Source of the DNA: Euglena gracilis
Taxonomy: Eukaryota
Assembly: GCA_039621445.1 (NCBI GenBank)
Contig: CP154954.1
Coordinates: forward strand, 39,765,816-39,829,815
DNA length: 64,000 nt
Direction: 5' to 3'
The notes beneath the pieces were generated by a model, which worked only from the letters and a program-made list of their open reading frames with translations, searched no databases and was not told where the DNA came from. The stretch's first letter is position 1; every line of letters begins with the position of its first letter. Position numbers and translations under genes: made by a program. Below are positions 23,397 to 37,382 of the stretch, piece by piece.

Positions 23397-26300
23397 ACCA
23401 TTCGGGCTCCGCACTGCGAGATGGTGAGGTCCCGCTTTCCTTGCCGCCTGTTCTGTTCTGGTGTGTTTGTGGGTGCGCGGGAGGTGCTTCTTACTGTGCC
23501 TTTGTTGCCGGAGTTGGCTGATTCCTATTTCTGCCCTTCGACCTCAAGAAGAAAGAATTTTACTTCTACGAACTCAAGTGGACGGAACTTTTTCGGAGCC
23601 TCAACTTCCTGACGAAAGAATTCAACTCTTCGGAGATCAACAACTGGACTTCCATGAATAACAAAATTCAAAAGAACCTCTCAATTTTAAGAAGAACTTC
23701 AAAGAACTTCAAAGTCAGCTGGAGCTGGGGAAGGTGGAGTCACAGCAGCAGCTGCAGAAACTGGAGGGGCTGCAGCGACACGTCCGTCCCTGGCCATTGC
23801 AACCCCCCCACCCCCCAGCACGTCAGAGATTTCAAAATTCAAAAATTCAGACTGCCCCACTAAAACTGATGGCCATGGACCATAGACAACGGTGGTCAGG
23901 AAGAGAAGACAGATTGGGAACTACCATCACAGTTCCAACAGACTCCACCGCTTTTTCTCAGTTCCTCCCCTTTCAGGGGAAAAAGCAAAGGCTATGGCAG
24001 CCTCAATCCAAAGGATTCAAATCAAAATCAAGGCTATGGCAGCCATCACTGCACAAGGCCTGGGGCCCAGAAACATGGCTATGGAAGCCATCATCCAAGA
24101 GGGCAGTGGGCCCATGAGCAAGGCTATGGCAGCCTGTGTCCAAACCTGGGAAGCTCCCACGGGGGAAAGGTATGTCCAACGTACCCCACGGCTCCCTCAA
24201 ACATAAACCCCTCAGGAGCTGCCCATCCAAGCAAGCAACGCCCCCTTCAGGGGAAGGCCAATGGGGGCCATCATATGCAAGGGGCCAAGGGAGGCCAGGG
24301 GGATCACCAAGATATCAAGGCCAATGGAGGCCATTATCTGCAAAAGGCCAGTGGAGGCCAGCGGAAGCATCAAGTTTTCAAGGCCAATGGAGGCCAGTTC
24401 AATCAAACTCAAGTGGCCACTGGAGGCCAGTGCACTCAAGATCACATCAGCCCTTGGGGGGGAGACCCAAGATTGGCTACACCAGGGCCCTCCCAGAAGG
24501 GAATCAGCCCACACCCGCCAACTATATGTGTACCTCCACAATGCAGACACAGACTTTCCCCAATCTTTCCACATCAGGAGAAAAGCCTGTCTTTGAACAG
24601 CCCTATGGCAGGGCCAGAGGTCACCCAAGTGATGTTGCACCCAGGGGAATGGACCCCAGTGATGGGGCCTGTGGAATCCCCAGACACATTGCACCCAGGG
24701 GTGACCCCATACAAAGCCCTGCAGACCAGAATTCCCCATTGGGTCAAGGCAGGAGTCAGCCCAGAGGTTTTAAACTTAATAAGGGAATGGGTCAGGGCTG
24801 ATCTTCCCCTCCCCCCTCAGATGTCCTTGAAACTGCCCTTCAAAACTCCACAAGAAATAATGACTGCCCAGAACATTCTGAGGGAATACCAGCGTGCAGG
24901 GGCAACCAGACAAATAACCCCAGAGGATGCAAAATATTTGGTCCCTTATTTTATCATTTCCAAAAAGGAAGGGGAAAAACAAAGGAAATACTAATTTTTA
25001 ATTGTCGACAGTTAAATCTCGATTTCACCCCCCAGAAGTTCAGATTAGAACACATGGGAAACATCTTCCCATATCTCAGAGAAGGTTGGTTCTGTGGAAA
25101 AATAGATCTGAAAGATGCATATTTCCAGCTACAGCTGCACGACATCTTAAAAAAGTATGTTTTCATGCAGGTGGGCGGAGAAACCTGGCAGTTTCAAGCT
25201 GCATGCTTCGGCATCAGCTGCCTGTCACAAAAATTGGCGACTCTCATGAGAGTCTGGGAAAGAAAATGGAGAAAGGAAGGCAAGGTGGTTTTCATCTACC
25301 TAGACGACATTTTGCTGTCAGCCTCCAGCAAAAAGACAGCAGCCCAGCATTTGGCAGAAATAAAAAAGAGACCTTTTACTGGCAGGTTTCAGATTAAACC
25401 TCCCCAAATCCTGTCTGGAATCCACACAGGACACATAGCATTTGGGTCAGTGGTTAAATTTGAAAAAAGGCCAACTGTAAATTCCACAGGAGAAACTAAA
25501 ATCGTTGAGAAAGGAACTACGCAAAGTGCTCACAGCACAAAAATGAGCTGCAGAAAACTCAGTTCATTTGTGGGGCAAAGTCAGAAGCTATTTAGTCTCA
25601 GTGCCATTTCTCACAATTCTGACAGATCAACTTTGCAAAATGGTGGATTTGCACACAAAGTGAGATTGGGACCATTCCCCAGGACGGGTCAAGGTTCAAA
25701 TTGTGGAGTTAAAGGCATTTTTGCAGCCAGGTGTGGGCAGAGCATTTCAATCCCAGACCTCTCAGGAACTGTTCTCAGACAGCAGCACCTGGCTATGGGG
25801 GGGGGCTGGACAAAAATTCTCTTCAAAGGTGCAGGATTTTTGGAGGGACCTGCATGTCCTTCACATCAAACAAAAAGAATTGATGTGAAAACTGTAATGG
25901 ATTTGGCAAAACCCAACCAAACCATTGTTCTTCATGTGGACAACCAGGTGGAAGTAAGCTATTTAACAAAATGGGCAGGCACAAGCCATACCTAAATTCC
26001 ATCCTAAAACCCCTTCCATATCATTGCCAAGAAAAGGAAATCAATTTGCAGGTGGTTTGGGTTCCCACAAAAGAACAATTGGCAGACTCCCTGACAAGGA
26101 ACCAAAAGGAACCAGGGGATTACACCCTGAACATGAACATTTTTCACCAGATTCTAAAGTTCTTCAAAAACCACATCATCCCAGAGGTGGACATGTTTTG
26201 CACACCCACCAACAGAAAATTCTCCAAAGTGCATTTGTTGATACCCCCACCAAGAGGCTTTGTTGGTGGATGCTCTGAAGGCAGAATTAAAGAGTCTCCC

Positions 26301-27260
26301 CCCAGTTTATGCCAACCCTCCCTGGAGCATCATCCACCAGTGGGTTCAGAGATTAATGTTAAACCCGGACCTAATTTGTCTGTTGATTGCACCCCGCTGG
26401 GCTTCGACGTCACGGTGGCGCCAATTAATGTCAATCAGGCAGCCAGGCAGCAAGGTTTTGCTAGTACCCCCCAATGGGGTCTGTTCACCAACTGCTGGGG
26501 GGAGGAGATGCCCCCCCAAGGTGGAATTTGGCCTGCTTGATTGTGTCAGGCAAATATCACAATCCCAGGAAGTTTCTATGTCCAGTATCGACACTTACAT
26601 AAAAAATCTGGGAAATGTCAAAAGATGTGATTCAGCATTCAAGGCTTTGATGCGCCAATTGTTGCACAAGGGGGTGCCCCGCGGGACTGCACAGTCCGCA
26701 GGATGGCCGAGGCCATCCTTGATCTGGTTGCCCACACCATCAACCCTGCACGAAATGCATATGCAGCAGCCTTATTACTCCCAGGGTTTGGATCATTGAG
26801 TTTTTCCCCTCTTTTGTCTCCATTGAAGAGTAAATGGAATTCCAATGTCTGCCAGTATGCCCATTTTTGGGACCCCACTGACTTCTTGGAGAACATCATC
26901 AGGAAATACAAACCCCTCTCAGACCTATCTGTGAAAGAGCTCAGAAACAGGCTCATCATCTGTTGGAGGCTGTTGGCCCTGCACAGGGGGGTTGATCTGG
27001 CCAGGACACAGCGGAAAATCAGTTTCGTGGGAGAAAAAAAATTCATTTTATTGCAAAGGAAAGGCTGGCAATTCCCAAGATGGGAGGAGATTTTGAATTC
27101 GCCAAACACACCCCCCCTCATCAGCCCCTGGCATTTATTGAAAGAGTATGTGGAAAGGACAGCCCACATGGTTGGGCAAAGAAATAATTTGCTATGGTCT
27201 TTGGATGATAAAAGACCTTTGACGTCAGAAAGGGTGAATTCCCTGACCAAAGAAATTCTG
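23397..27260 (+). mobile_element. DIRS family 1 copy: 5' ITR, ORF1, RT, RNase H, Dam-like MTase, truncated YR
   Basis: KIDLKDAYFQ, IYLDD (25297), ADSLTR, VDMF, YANPPW (26313), ALHRGVDL. Degenerate. Confidence 0.9.
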
Positions 27261-27867
27261 AACTTTTTTCCTGCAGAATTGTTCCATTTCGGACACCAAT
27301 TGCACATTTTTGGGGGAAGTTGGAGGCAAAAAAAACGACAATCTGGGCACATGTGGCATTTGGCCGCAATTGAAGACTTCCGAACATTGCAGGGTTTAAC
27401 CGCTGAAGTTTTAATTCTTCCCCAAATATGAAGCCCTGCAGGGGGTCTTGAAATCCCGTCCAAGTACAGAGCCGGGGGGCTGTACAATTTTGGCGAGTTC
27501 AGTTTGGCGCCCCCGTTTCGGACTCCCACGACAGAGGAAGGGGGAGTAAGGGACCAAGAGGACGAAGCACAAGTAAGTGGTGAGGTCCTGCTTTCCTTGC
27601 CGGCTGTTCTGTCCTGGTGTGTTTGTGCGTGCGCGACGGGTGCTTCTTACTGCGCCTTTGTTGCCGGAGTTGGCGATGATGGGGCCGCGTCCGACACCTT
27701 TGGCGAAGCTGAACCTTCGTGCCCCCCCCTCTCCCATGGTCGGTCTCTGGTTGGGATGTCTTTCTTTTTCTGCTGACTTTTTGGGTGGGAGGGTTGGGCT
27801 CACCATCCTCTTGTGCTTCGCCCTCTTGGTCCCTTCCTCCCCTTTCCTGTGGCGTGGGAGTCCGAGA

Positions 27868-28830
27868 TCATTCGGGATCCGCACTGCGAGATGGCCAGGT
27901 ACTGTTCACCCCCCTTTGGGCCATAATTGTTTGAATTTTTGATACGACACCCAGTCTCAAATAATGAGCTTGGAAGGCCCCAAAATTTTTCCACTGACCC
28001 AGTTGCTGGACTTCTTCCAACTGCAAACCAGCATTCTTCCACCATAAAACCCCAGCCCCTCTGGTGCTGTGGGGTTTCCAGTGGGTGGTTTCCCCCCCCT
28101 CCTGCAGAATTTCTTTGGTCAGGGAATTCACCCTTTCTGACGTCAAAGGTCTTTTACCATCCAAAGACCATAGCAAATTATTTTTGTGTCCAACCATGTG
28201 GGCTGTCCTTTCCACATACTCTTTCAATAAATGCCAGGGGCTGATGAGGGGGGGGTGTGGCAAATTCAAAACTTCTTCCCTTCTTGGGAATTGCCAGCCT
28301 TTCCTTTGCAATAAAATGAAAATTTTTTCTCCCACGAAACTGATTTTCCGCTGTGTCCTGGCTAGATCAACCCCCCTGTGCAGGGCCAACAGCCTCCAAC
28401 AGATGATGAGCCTGTTTCTGAGCTCTTTCACAGATAGGTCTGAGAGGGGTTTGTATTTCCTGATGATGTTCTCCAAGAAGTCAGTGGGGTCCAAAAAATG
28501 GGCATACTGGCAGACATTGGAATTCCACTTACTCTTCAATGGAGACAAAAGAGGGGAAAAACTCAATTATCCAAACCCTGGGAGTAATAAGGCTGCTGCA
28601 TATGCATTTCGTGCAGTGTTGAGGGTGTGGGCAACCAGATCAAGGATGGCCTCGGCCATCCTGTGGACTGTGCAGTCCTGCAGGGGCACCCCCTTGTGCA
28701 ATGACTGGCCCACCAATGCCCTGAAGGCTGAGTCATATCTTTTGAAATTTCCCAGATTTTTTATGTAAGTGTCGACACTTGAAATCGAAACTTCCTGGGA
28801 TTGTAATACTTGCCTGACACAATCAAGCAG
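27868..28830 (-). pseudogene. DIRS tyrosine recombinase
   Basis: LALHRGVDL, KPHSTRGAG and QLGQW..F.AHY give the R..HxxR..W..Y catalytic set. One in-frame stop at 28567. Confidence 0.9.
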
Positions 28831-30712
28831 GCCAGATTCCACCTTGGGGGTCATCTCCTCCCCCCATCAGTTGGTGAACAGACCCCATTGGGGGGTACTA
28901 GCAAAACCTTGCTGCCTGGCTGCCTGATTGACATTAATTGGCGCCACCGTGACGTCGAAGCCCAGCGGGGTGCAATCAACAGACAAGTTAGGTCCGGGTT
29001 TAACATTAATCTCTGAACCCATTGGGGAATGATACTCCAGGGAGGGTTTGCATTGACTAGGGGGAGGCCCCTCAAGTCTGCCCTCAAGGCATCCACCAGC
29101 AATGCTCATTGGTGGAGGTATCGACAAACGAACTTGGGGAATTTTTTGTTGCTGGGGGCGCAAAACATTTCCACCTCTGGGGTTATGTCCCTTCTGAAGA
29201 ATTGAAGAATTTGATGAAAGATTTTCAGGTGTAGGTTATAATCCCCTGGGTCTTTTTGCTCCCTGGTCAGGGAGTCTGCCAATTGTTCTTTTGTGGGAAC
29301 CCAAACCTCCTGCAAATTGATTTGTTTTTCCTGACAATGATACAACAGGGGTTTTTTAGGATGGAATTTCGGTATGGCTTTTTGGCTCCCCATTTTGTCA
29401 AATAACTGACAGCCATCTGGCTGTCCACATGAAGCACAATTGTTTGCTTTGGTTTGGCCAAAGATCTTACAGTTTCCACTGCAGCCTGCAACTCTTTTTG
29501 ATTGATGTGAAGGACATGCAGGTCCCTCCAAAAATCCTGCACTTTTTGGCCTGAATCTTTGTCCAGCCCCCCCCCCATTGCCAGGTGCTGATGTCTGAGA
29601 ATATTTCCTGAGAGGCCTGGGATTGAAATGCTCTGCCCACACCTAGCTGCAAAAATGCCTTTAACTCCACAATTTTATCTCTAAACCCTTGGGGAATGGT
29701 CAAGATGTGGTCCCAACCCCACTTTGTGTGCAAATCCACCATTTTGCAAAGTTGATCTGCCAGAATTCTGAGGACAGGCATTGAAACTAAATAGCTTCTT
29801 ACCTGCCCTGCAAGAGAGCTGAGTTTTCTGCAGCTTATTTTTTTGTGCTGTCAGCACCTTTCATAATTCCTTTCTTAAGGATTTTAGTTTTTCCTGTGGA
29901 ATTACCAGTTGGCCTTTTTTCAGATTGATCCACTGGCCCAAGTGCTTTTTATTTCCTGCGTGGATCCCAGACATTATTTGGGGAGGTTTATTCTGAAACC
30001 TGCCAGTAAGAGATCATTTTTCATTTCTGCCAAATGTTGGGCTGCTGTCTTTTTGCTGGGGGCTAACAGCAAAATGTCGTCCAGGTAGATGAAAACTACC
30101 TTTCCTTCCTTTCTCCATTTTCTTTCCCAGACTCTCATGAGAGTCATAAACTTTTGTGGCAGGCTGCTTATACCAAAACATGCAGCATTAATTGCCACGT
30201 TTCCCCCCCACCTGCATGCAAACATGTTTTTCCAGGCTGCTGTGCAGCTTTCAGTGAAAATAAGCATCTTTCAGGTCTATTTTTCCACAGAACCAACCTT
30301 TTCTGAGATATGGGAAGATGTTTCCCGTGTGTTCCAATCTGAACTTCTGGGGGTGAAATGGAGATTTAACCGTCGACAGTCTGAAATTAGTCTTTCCTTT
30401 GTCTTTCCCCCTTCCTTTTTGGAAATGATAAAATAAGGGACAAAATGTTTTGCCTCCTCTGGGGTTATTTGCCTGGTTTCCCCTTCACATTCGTATTCCC
30501 TCGGAATTTTCTGGGCAGTCATTATTTCTTGTGGAGTTTTGAAGGGAACTTTCAATGGCATCTGGGGGGGAGGGGAAGATCAGCCCTGACCCCTTCCCTT
30601 ATTAAGTTTAATACGTCTGTGCTGGCTCCTGCCTGGACCCAATGGGGAATGCTGGCCTGCAGGGCTTTGTATGGGGTCACCCCTGGGTGTAATGTGTCTG
30701 GGGATTCCACAG

Positions 30713-30790
30713 GCCCCATCACTGGGGTCCTTTCCCCTGGCTGCCCCATCACTGGGGTCCTTTCCCCTGGCTGCCCCATCACTGGGGTCG
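30713..30790. repeat. 30-bp tandem repeat, about 2.5 copies
   Basis: GCCCCATCACTGGGGTCCTTTCCCCTGGCT is repeated (TPVMGQPGER). Confidence 0.85.
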
Positions 30791-32179
30791 CCTCTGGCCC
30801 TGCCATAAGGCTGCTCAAAGACAGGCTTTCCCCCTATTTTTGAAAGGTGGGAGAAGGTCTGTGTCTTTGGTTGGGAGGTACATATTTAGCTGGGGGGTGA
30901 GGGCTGATTATCTTCTGGTGGGGCCCTGTTGTAGCCAATCTTGGGCCTCCCCCCCAAGGGCTGATATGGTGTCGATGATCTTGATTGTAGCGGCCTCCAT
31001 TGGCCTTCAGGGCCATCTGGCCTTCTTGGTCTCCATTGACCTTCTCTCCAGCACTTTTATTGTGCCTTCTTTTTCCCTCTTGGTACCCAGATGAGCCACC
31101 ATGGCTGAATTTCCCTTTGGGATTTGATGTCTTGGCTGTAGCTTGCTTCCCCTGGGGGGAATGATTTTGAGGGTGCTGGGGGAATAGTTGGACATACCTC
31201 TCCCCACTGGGGTCCCCTGCTTGGATTCTGGGTTCTGTGTCCTTGAAAATGGGCACCATGACCTTTTGAATGATGGCTTCCATAGCCTTGGGCCCAAGGC
31301 CCTGTAGATAGATGGCCGCCATGGCCGTTTTGAGGAGGGTCTCCACCTTCCTGACTTGAACCCTTTGAACCTGTCATATTTCCCCTGCCATAGGTGTGGG
31401 GATGAGAAAAGTGATGGGTAGTCTGCCAGTCCCGTTTTTCCTTCTCCTGACAATGTTTCCTGGATTGATGACTGTGATGGGTCCCCATGACCCAATGAGC
31501 CTTGGGTGGCTTCTCCGTCGCTTTGCTCTGACCACAAGTGTCCAGGGTCCATGGCCGTCACACAGGCTTTTCTGAAAACAGGAAATTTCTGACGAACTGG
31601 GGGGCGGAAGGGTTGCGACGGCCACGGACGGATGTGCTGGCCCTGCTCCATCAGGTACCCCAGCGGCTGCAGCCCCTCGGTGTTTTCCAGCTTCAGCTGT
31701 CTGCCTTGGACTTCCTTATGCTCCCACGTCTTCTTGACAGCATGAATTTTTTTCCAACACATCTCTCATTGAAGTCCGTGGAACACGTGTTTGATTTTTG
31801 AATGTCTTTGTCTTCCGTATTGACCGCACTCGTAGAGTTGAAAGTCTTCCGCCTTTAGGTCGAATGGCAGAATTAGGAATCAGCCAACTCCGGCAACAAA
31901 AAGCAGTAAGAAGCACCCCCTGCGCACGCACAAACACACCAGAACAGAACAGCCGGCAAGGAAAGCAGGACCTCACCATCTCGCCATCAATTCAAAGCAC
32001 CTTACGACGCCGGAATAGCCTGAAGGGGATAGGCCAAGAAGACGGCTTCAAACAGGTTTTTTTTGGAAGGGTTTGAAAGGAAAAAATGCGCCACCCAAAC
32101 AGCACTGCCGGCGAACGTGGCATGGCCCCAAAAGGGCAAAGTGCGGAGCCTCCATCCTGGTCGGTTTTCCCCCCTCGAG

Positions 32180-35100
32180 GGAGCACCAAAAAGTGGCAAA
32201 CGGGCGTGGCAAACGGGCATGTGCATTGGATGAAAAGGCATCGATTTCCAATGCAAATCGAAAGAATCAGCCAATGTCCAATTCTGGAAAACCATCGTTC
32301 CAAAATACGATATTGACCAGAATTGAAAGCATTCCATACGCGTTTCGCGTAATCCTGCACCCGATTTCCAGGTTGGAGTGAAGAAACACAATGAATGGAT
32401 CCACAAACACGTGGATGCGGGCTTCCTTCCACAATTCCACGTGTTAATCCCAAGGGATTTTGGACAAGTTGGGATTTTCCCCATTCCGCATCAAATCCGT
32501 ACCAAGTGTGATCGAGATTATAATTAGGAATGACGCATTTTGTGTTTCCAAACAACGAGGCTAATCCGCGTTGTTGAAGCACTCGGTGTATCTCCGCGCA
32601 TTGCGAGCTACAACCAAGTGTATTATGCGGTGTGGATTCTGTTTCCGGAATAGCGATTAGTGTTGGATTTTGAACTAAACATCCACAATCGAAATCCGAT
32701 TGGGTGGAAATTCTCCTGCAGTGGGAAGGAAGTGGAGTGGTGTGACGGGTGTGCGTGTAAGTGGGTGTCGATGGCATTAGCCGGTGAGTCTTGTACAGGT
32801 GTGCCTGGATTCGGCAAAACTGGTGGGAAACGGAGTGGTGGTGTGGCTGGGCGACTACTCGACACCGTTATAACTTCAGGCCTTTAGGCATTCGTCTTGT
32901 AACCCAGTGGAACGGCGGCGGTACCGCTACTAGCTTGCCGTACCTCACGCGGAACGCGTGTAGGTGTGTCATTGGGTACGGGGAACTCTTTTTTCGTACC
33001 CCGGGTGTGGTAAACGGTTGTTGGTGCGGTGGATAACGGTGTTGATATTGTAGGTAACGGTGTTGGAAAAGTGGTGGTCGTCATGGTGGACGCCAACGGT
33101 GATGGTGGTTTGGGTGTCAGTGAAGTGGTGGGTGCTGTGCGCAAACCCTGAGAGTGGCAATCCACAATTAATCGGTACTGGCGCAAAAATGGGTATCCCA
33201 AAATTACGTCAGACCAGTGAACTCCGGACTCGTAACTCCAAATATTGTTGAAATGTTGTAATTGTGGGGGGTGTGAGTGATGCTTGGGAAGGATGGGCAA
33301 GAGTATCTCGAGCACACATCCCAAATGACCACCGCACATGGGGGTATTATCCGCGGTTGTAATCTTGATGGGTTTCTTGGTACATACCAAGAGTGGGGTC
33401 GGTATCAACCCCAACCGAAAGAGCAGTGCAATGCGACAGCCAGTGTCAATTAAAACTTCGACTTTGGTGGAGAAATTTTGAACGCGGATTTCCGCTTGGA
33501 CGAGTAGTTCCATTGGTGGTACGCAAAGTGAAGGGTCTGGCGGAAATACGCTTGCATGCCAGCTTTCCCATGAACCCTTTCCTACTTTGCTCAGCATTCC
33601 GAGCGGAAATGTGGAGTGGGGGGTAGGGGACCCGAAATAATTCCGTCTACCGACCGCAAAGGCGGACGGGCATGGGGGGCAAGGTTGATCAGTTCCTACC
33701 TCCATCTGTTCATCAGCCCAGAGGTCCGTGCCCTCGGACCTCTGGCTCCCCTACTCCAAGTCCGAACCCGCCTCATAGCCGGCAACGGACTTTTTGGAGG
33801 AATAAATGGATTTCAATGAGCGCACCGCCATTTGGGCCTCATTAAATTACCTTTCGAGGACACATCCCCCTCCCTGCCCGAAGCCGGCGTGTCCTCCTCT
33901 AAACAAGATATCTTGAAACCGACCTTTTGCCGGTTGGAGGAGTAACCACGGTCTTCGCGGAGCTTACCGCGATTTCCGTAGCCGGGCCGGGGGGAACGAG
34001 ACCTGGGACATTTGGATGAGTGGTGGTCTTTGGAACCGCAAAGTGAACAAAGGGATTTGTGGCGGGATTCCGCCTTCCCATATAGGGGGGAACGGTATTC
34101 CGTTCGACCATCAAACCGTCGTGGTGATCGGGTTTCCTGTCGACCATGACCGGTGTATCGGGACTTCCCCGGAGACTCGCGCGAAGAGGATGATCCGCTT
34201 CGCGAACCAGATCGTGAAGAATCGCGATTGAAGTCACGTTTACGGGTAGAGGGACCAGGTGACCGACCGCGAGGATGACGGGTTTCCCAACAATCACGCG
34301 ATGGTGACTTGGGCCTACTACCGCTAAAACGGTTCTCCGACGGCCGTGAAACTCCCGATTGACGTGAAAACGCCGAGGAAACCGATCCCCGTGAGGAGGT
34401 CGAGCCCCTTGGGCTACAAATACGCTTACGCGCATCGGGATACGGGCATTCCCAAGACATGTGACCAGATTTGTTGCACAAAAAGCACAGTTTATCCGTG
34501 CCTTGGTCCGAAGAACGCTGATTTCGCGTTTTCAATCCCGTGGTGGGTGATCTTGGTGACATGGGTGATTTTTCCAACGCATTAACTGCACCCGCAGGGA
34601 TTCCCGCGGTGGGGTGCGTTTGGAAAGCGGACTGTATTTGTCCGAAAACTTGAGTGAGCTTAAGTTGCTATGAGACATAATTCCAACGTTGGGCAAGAGT
34701 CATCTCATGCCCCGCCAACTCCTCGCGATGGATATCCTTCACGAGGGATGGTGTGAAGTGCAACAAAACCGCCTTGAATTGTTCGCGCATTTGCTTCTCG
34801 CTAAGTTCATCAACCTCGGAAGCAAGTGCTAACCATTTGGCATACCAAAGGTCAATGGTTTTCCACTTGCGATCCGATGGCGCGAGTTGTCGCCATTTAT
34901 TTTCCAGGGTAATCCTGGCGACAAAACTCGAATTGGTTGAAGCGTATTGTTCAACCAGGTAATCAAATGATATGCCATTGCGTATCACCAAATTTCGTGC
35001 GCGTTCTTGCTCCTCCCTCGGTAGGCAATTGATGAATTCCATCTTGACTACCTCAGGTTTCGGGTCTTGGGTGGGTCCCTTTAGTGCCCAGTAATACTCC

Positions 35101-37140
35101 CAGTCCCAAAGAAATTGTCTCCATGTGGTTGGATCCCAGTCCCATTGGGGTTTCACCTTGTTCGCGATTGTGATGCCCTTGAAATCTCTCTGAGCAACCT
35201 GTTGACCCTCGGTGGTATTCCAGGGGTTTGGGTCCGGGTAATTCTGAAAACCAAACGCGTTTCGCGGATTTTCCGCTCCATGTGTACCCCGTGCGGGATT
35301 TCACGCACCAAGTGTAGGGGTGGCAAGGTTTTTCTGCGGGAAATGCAAAAACATGTGGTGAAATTCTCCCGGAGGGGAGGGTTTCCCGCCGAAAACCGGT
35401 TGGGTGATCCGGTAATCCAGAACCCGTTGGTGGTTGGTATGGTCGCGAATGCGACACATGACCAATACCAGGTGTGGGGTGTCGGCTCATTCCTCGCACA
35501 AGCTTGGAATGTTGAACTTATTGGTGGAGACTCAAATTTTCGAGCGGTGGATCCATTTCCTCACCGGAAATGTCCTGTGGAAAGTGGGTTTGTGGTGTGG
35601 GCAAAAGCAAAGGTGGTACAATTCGCGTTTTCGCGGGTGGTTGTACCAAATTTTGCGGTGGATGTAGGGATTCCTACTCCATAAACGGTAATTTGAGAAC
35701 GCGATCCCGGGACATTTGGAATACCAACCGTGGCACTTACCGCGGCGGGTGGTGGCATAACCGGTACCGGAGTGGACTTTTTATCCGAACTGGCGGACCA
35801 GTCATGCACCGTTTCTTCCAAATGTTCCACCAACTGGAGTTGACGGCAAATACGGTCAACCTCAGTCTCCAATTGCCGAATGCGTTCGCGGTAACGGCAG
35901 AAGTCATCCAAGTGTGGCAACTTTTCAGAAACCAAACACAGACCTTGGACAAGCTTTTCTTGGGACCCCTCCACATTCCGGAGTTGACCCGCAAGCGTTT
36001 TTACAGCATTTGACACAGGTTGCCACTGGTGGGGTGTCTTGATGGGGTTTTCCGCGGTGGTGCTGCAAATTTTCCGCGGTTGGCTCTTCCAACATCGCAG
36101 AAATTCGTCCATCCAACCGTGAAACCTCATCTTGCATAGATCGGGCATTCCAATTCACAGATTCATCAATTTGAATCAAACTCGTGCAAAATGCTTGCAA
36201 GGTTTCCTTGTTTTCACCAAGCATTTTGTCATAAAAGGTGCGATATTCCGGTGCCTCGGATATCCGAGCACGCGAAATACTTGGAAGTGCGCGAAATTCT
36301 GCTAGTGTTGTGGATAACAAGGTACAACGGGTTTTCAATTCCCCAATAGCGGCTTGAATACCACTAATGTCGGGAATTCGATTGGAAAGTGCGGAAACAT
36401 GCCCCTGCAAACCGACAACGGTGGCATTAATACCGCCAATGTCCGTTTGCAATTGTTGTTGCGCTGAATCGAACCGTTGTGCGAAATCCGCGATTTTCGC
36501 GTTCAAGTTTTCCCCGCATTTTCAAAGTTGTGTTTGCAACATTTGCCGATTTCCTGCAAATAATTACAACAATATTCCAGTTTGGTGTGGACAACCCTTT
36601 GATTGTCCTCATCAAACTGCAAAACCTTGTTGAGCATGGTTGCGCATTCCGTAAAACATTGGTGGACATGCAAAATTTGTTTGCTCAGCGGGTGATCCGC
36701 TGGAAGTTGACCGAGAATTCGGTAAACATCACCGGGGGTGAGGTTTTCCCTCAAATCATCACCGTAATCCTCCACAACGGAAACGTAACCAGAGATTTCC
36801 GGGACCACCAGACACATATCTGGAGCCCATGGCAAAGCAGGGAAAACCGCGGTTTCCGCGGTTAATCCCGGCAATGCGCGATATGGTGTACGGGGTGGTA
36901 ATTGACGGGGGGCGTTGGAAAAAACACGGTGTTTCCACCGAATTGCACTCCAAAAGGCCCACCGGTGCTTCCACTGGGGATCTTTTGGGTGTGAACAGAG
37001 CAAAGGGCACATACCCCTCACCTTGTTCGTAATTGTTATGAGGAACCAAGTGTACATTTGCAAGGGGTTTATCCACCTCGCCTCATCAAAGATGGGTGAA
37101 CCGGGATGGAGGATGGTCTTTCGCCACCTACATCCCGAAT
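32180..37140 (-). mobile_element. Third retroelement family C: coiled-coil ORF, Gag with two CCHC knuckles, aspartic protease, truncated Dam-like MTase
   Basis: Gag-like WRQFLWDWEYYW region. Knuckles CFLCNKSGHMSWEC and CSLCGSKDHHSSKC. Protease VLIDTGC..ITTAD..ILGYPFL. Then GQYRILERW../..EIDAFSSNAHARLP. RT and IN are missing. Confidence 0.75.
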
Positions 37141-37382
37141 AAGCAATGACAATGATGATGAAGAGGGCTAATTACCCCCATGCAACAAAAAAGGCGTTTC
37201 GCCTTTTGACAATGACAAATGAGTCAAATTGCCTTCTTCATGCTTGGGGGGTCGGGAATTGGAACTTGTTTCATTCGAACTGTTCCAATCCCCGCCATCT
37301 TCTTCAAGGTGGTCCAATGAACCAATCAACAAGTCATAATCAAGAGTTGTGGTTGGGGGTTGTGCTCTGCATCTTTTGAGAC

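Larger units (their letters stand above)
27517..31985 (-). mobile_element. Near-complete DIRS1-like retrotransposon, family 1
   Basis: ITRs at 27577-27675 and 31880-31985 are inverted. ICR at 27800-27897. ORF1, RT (IYLDD), RH, MT (NANPPW) and YR are in order. Confidence 0.92.
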
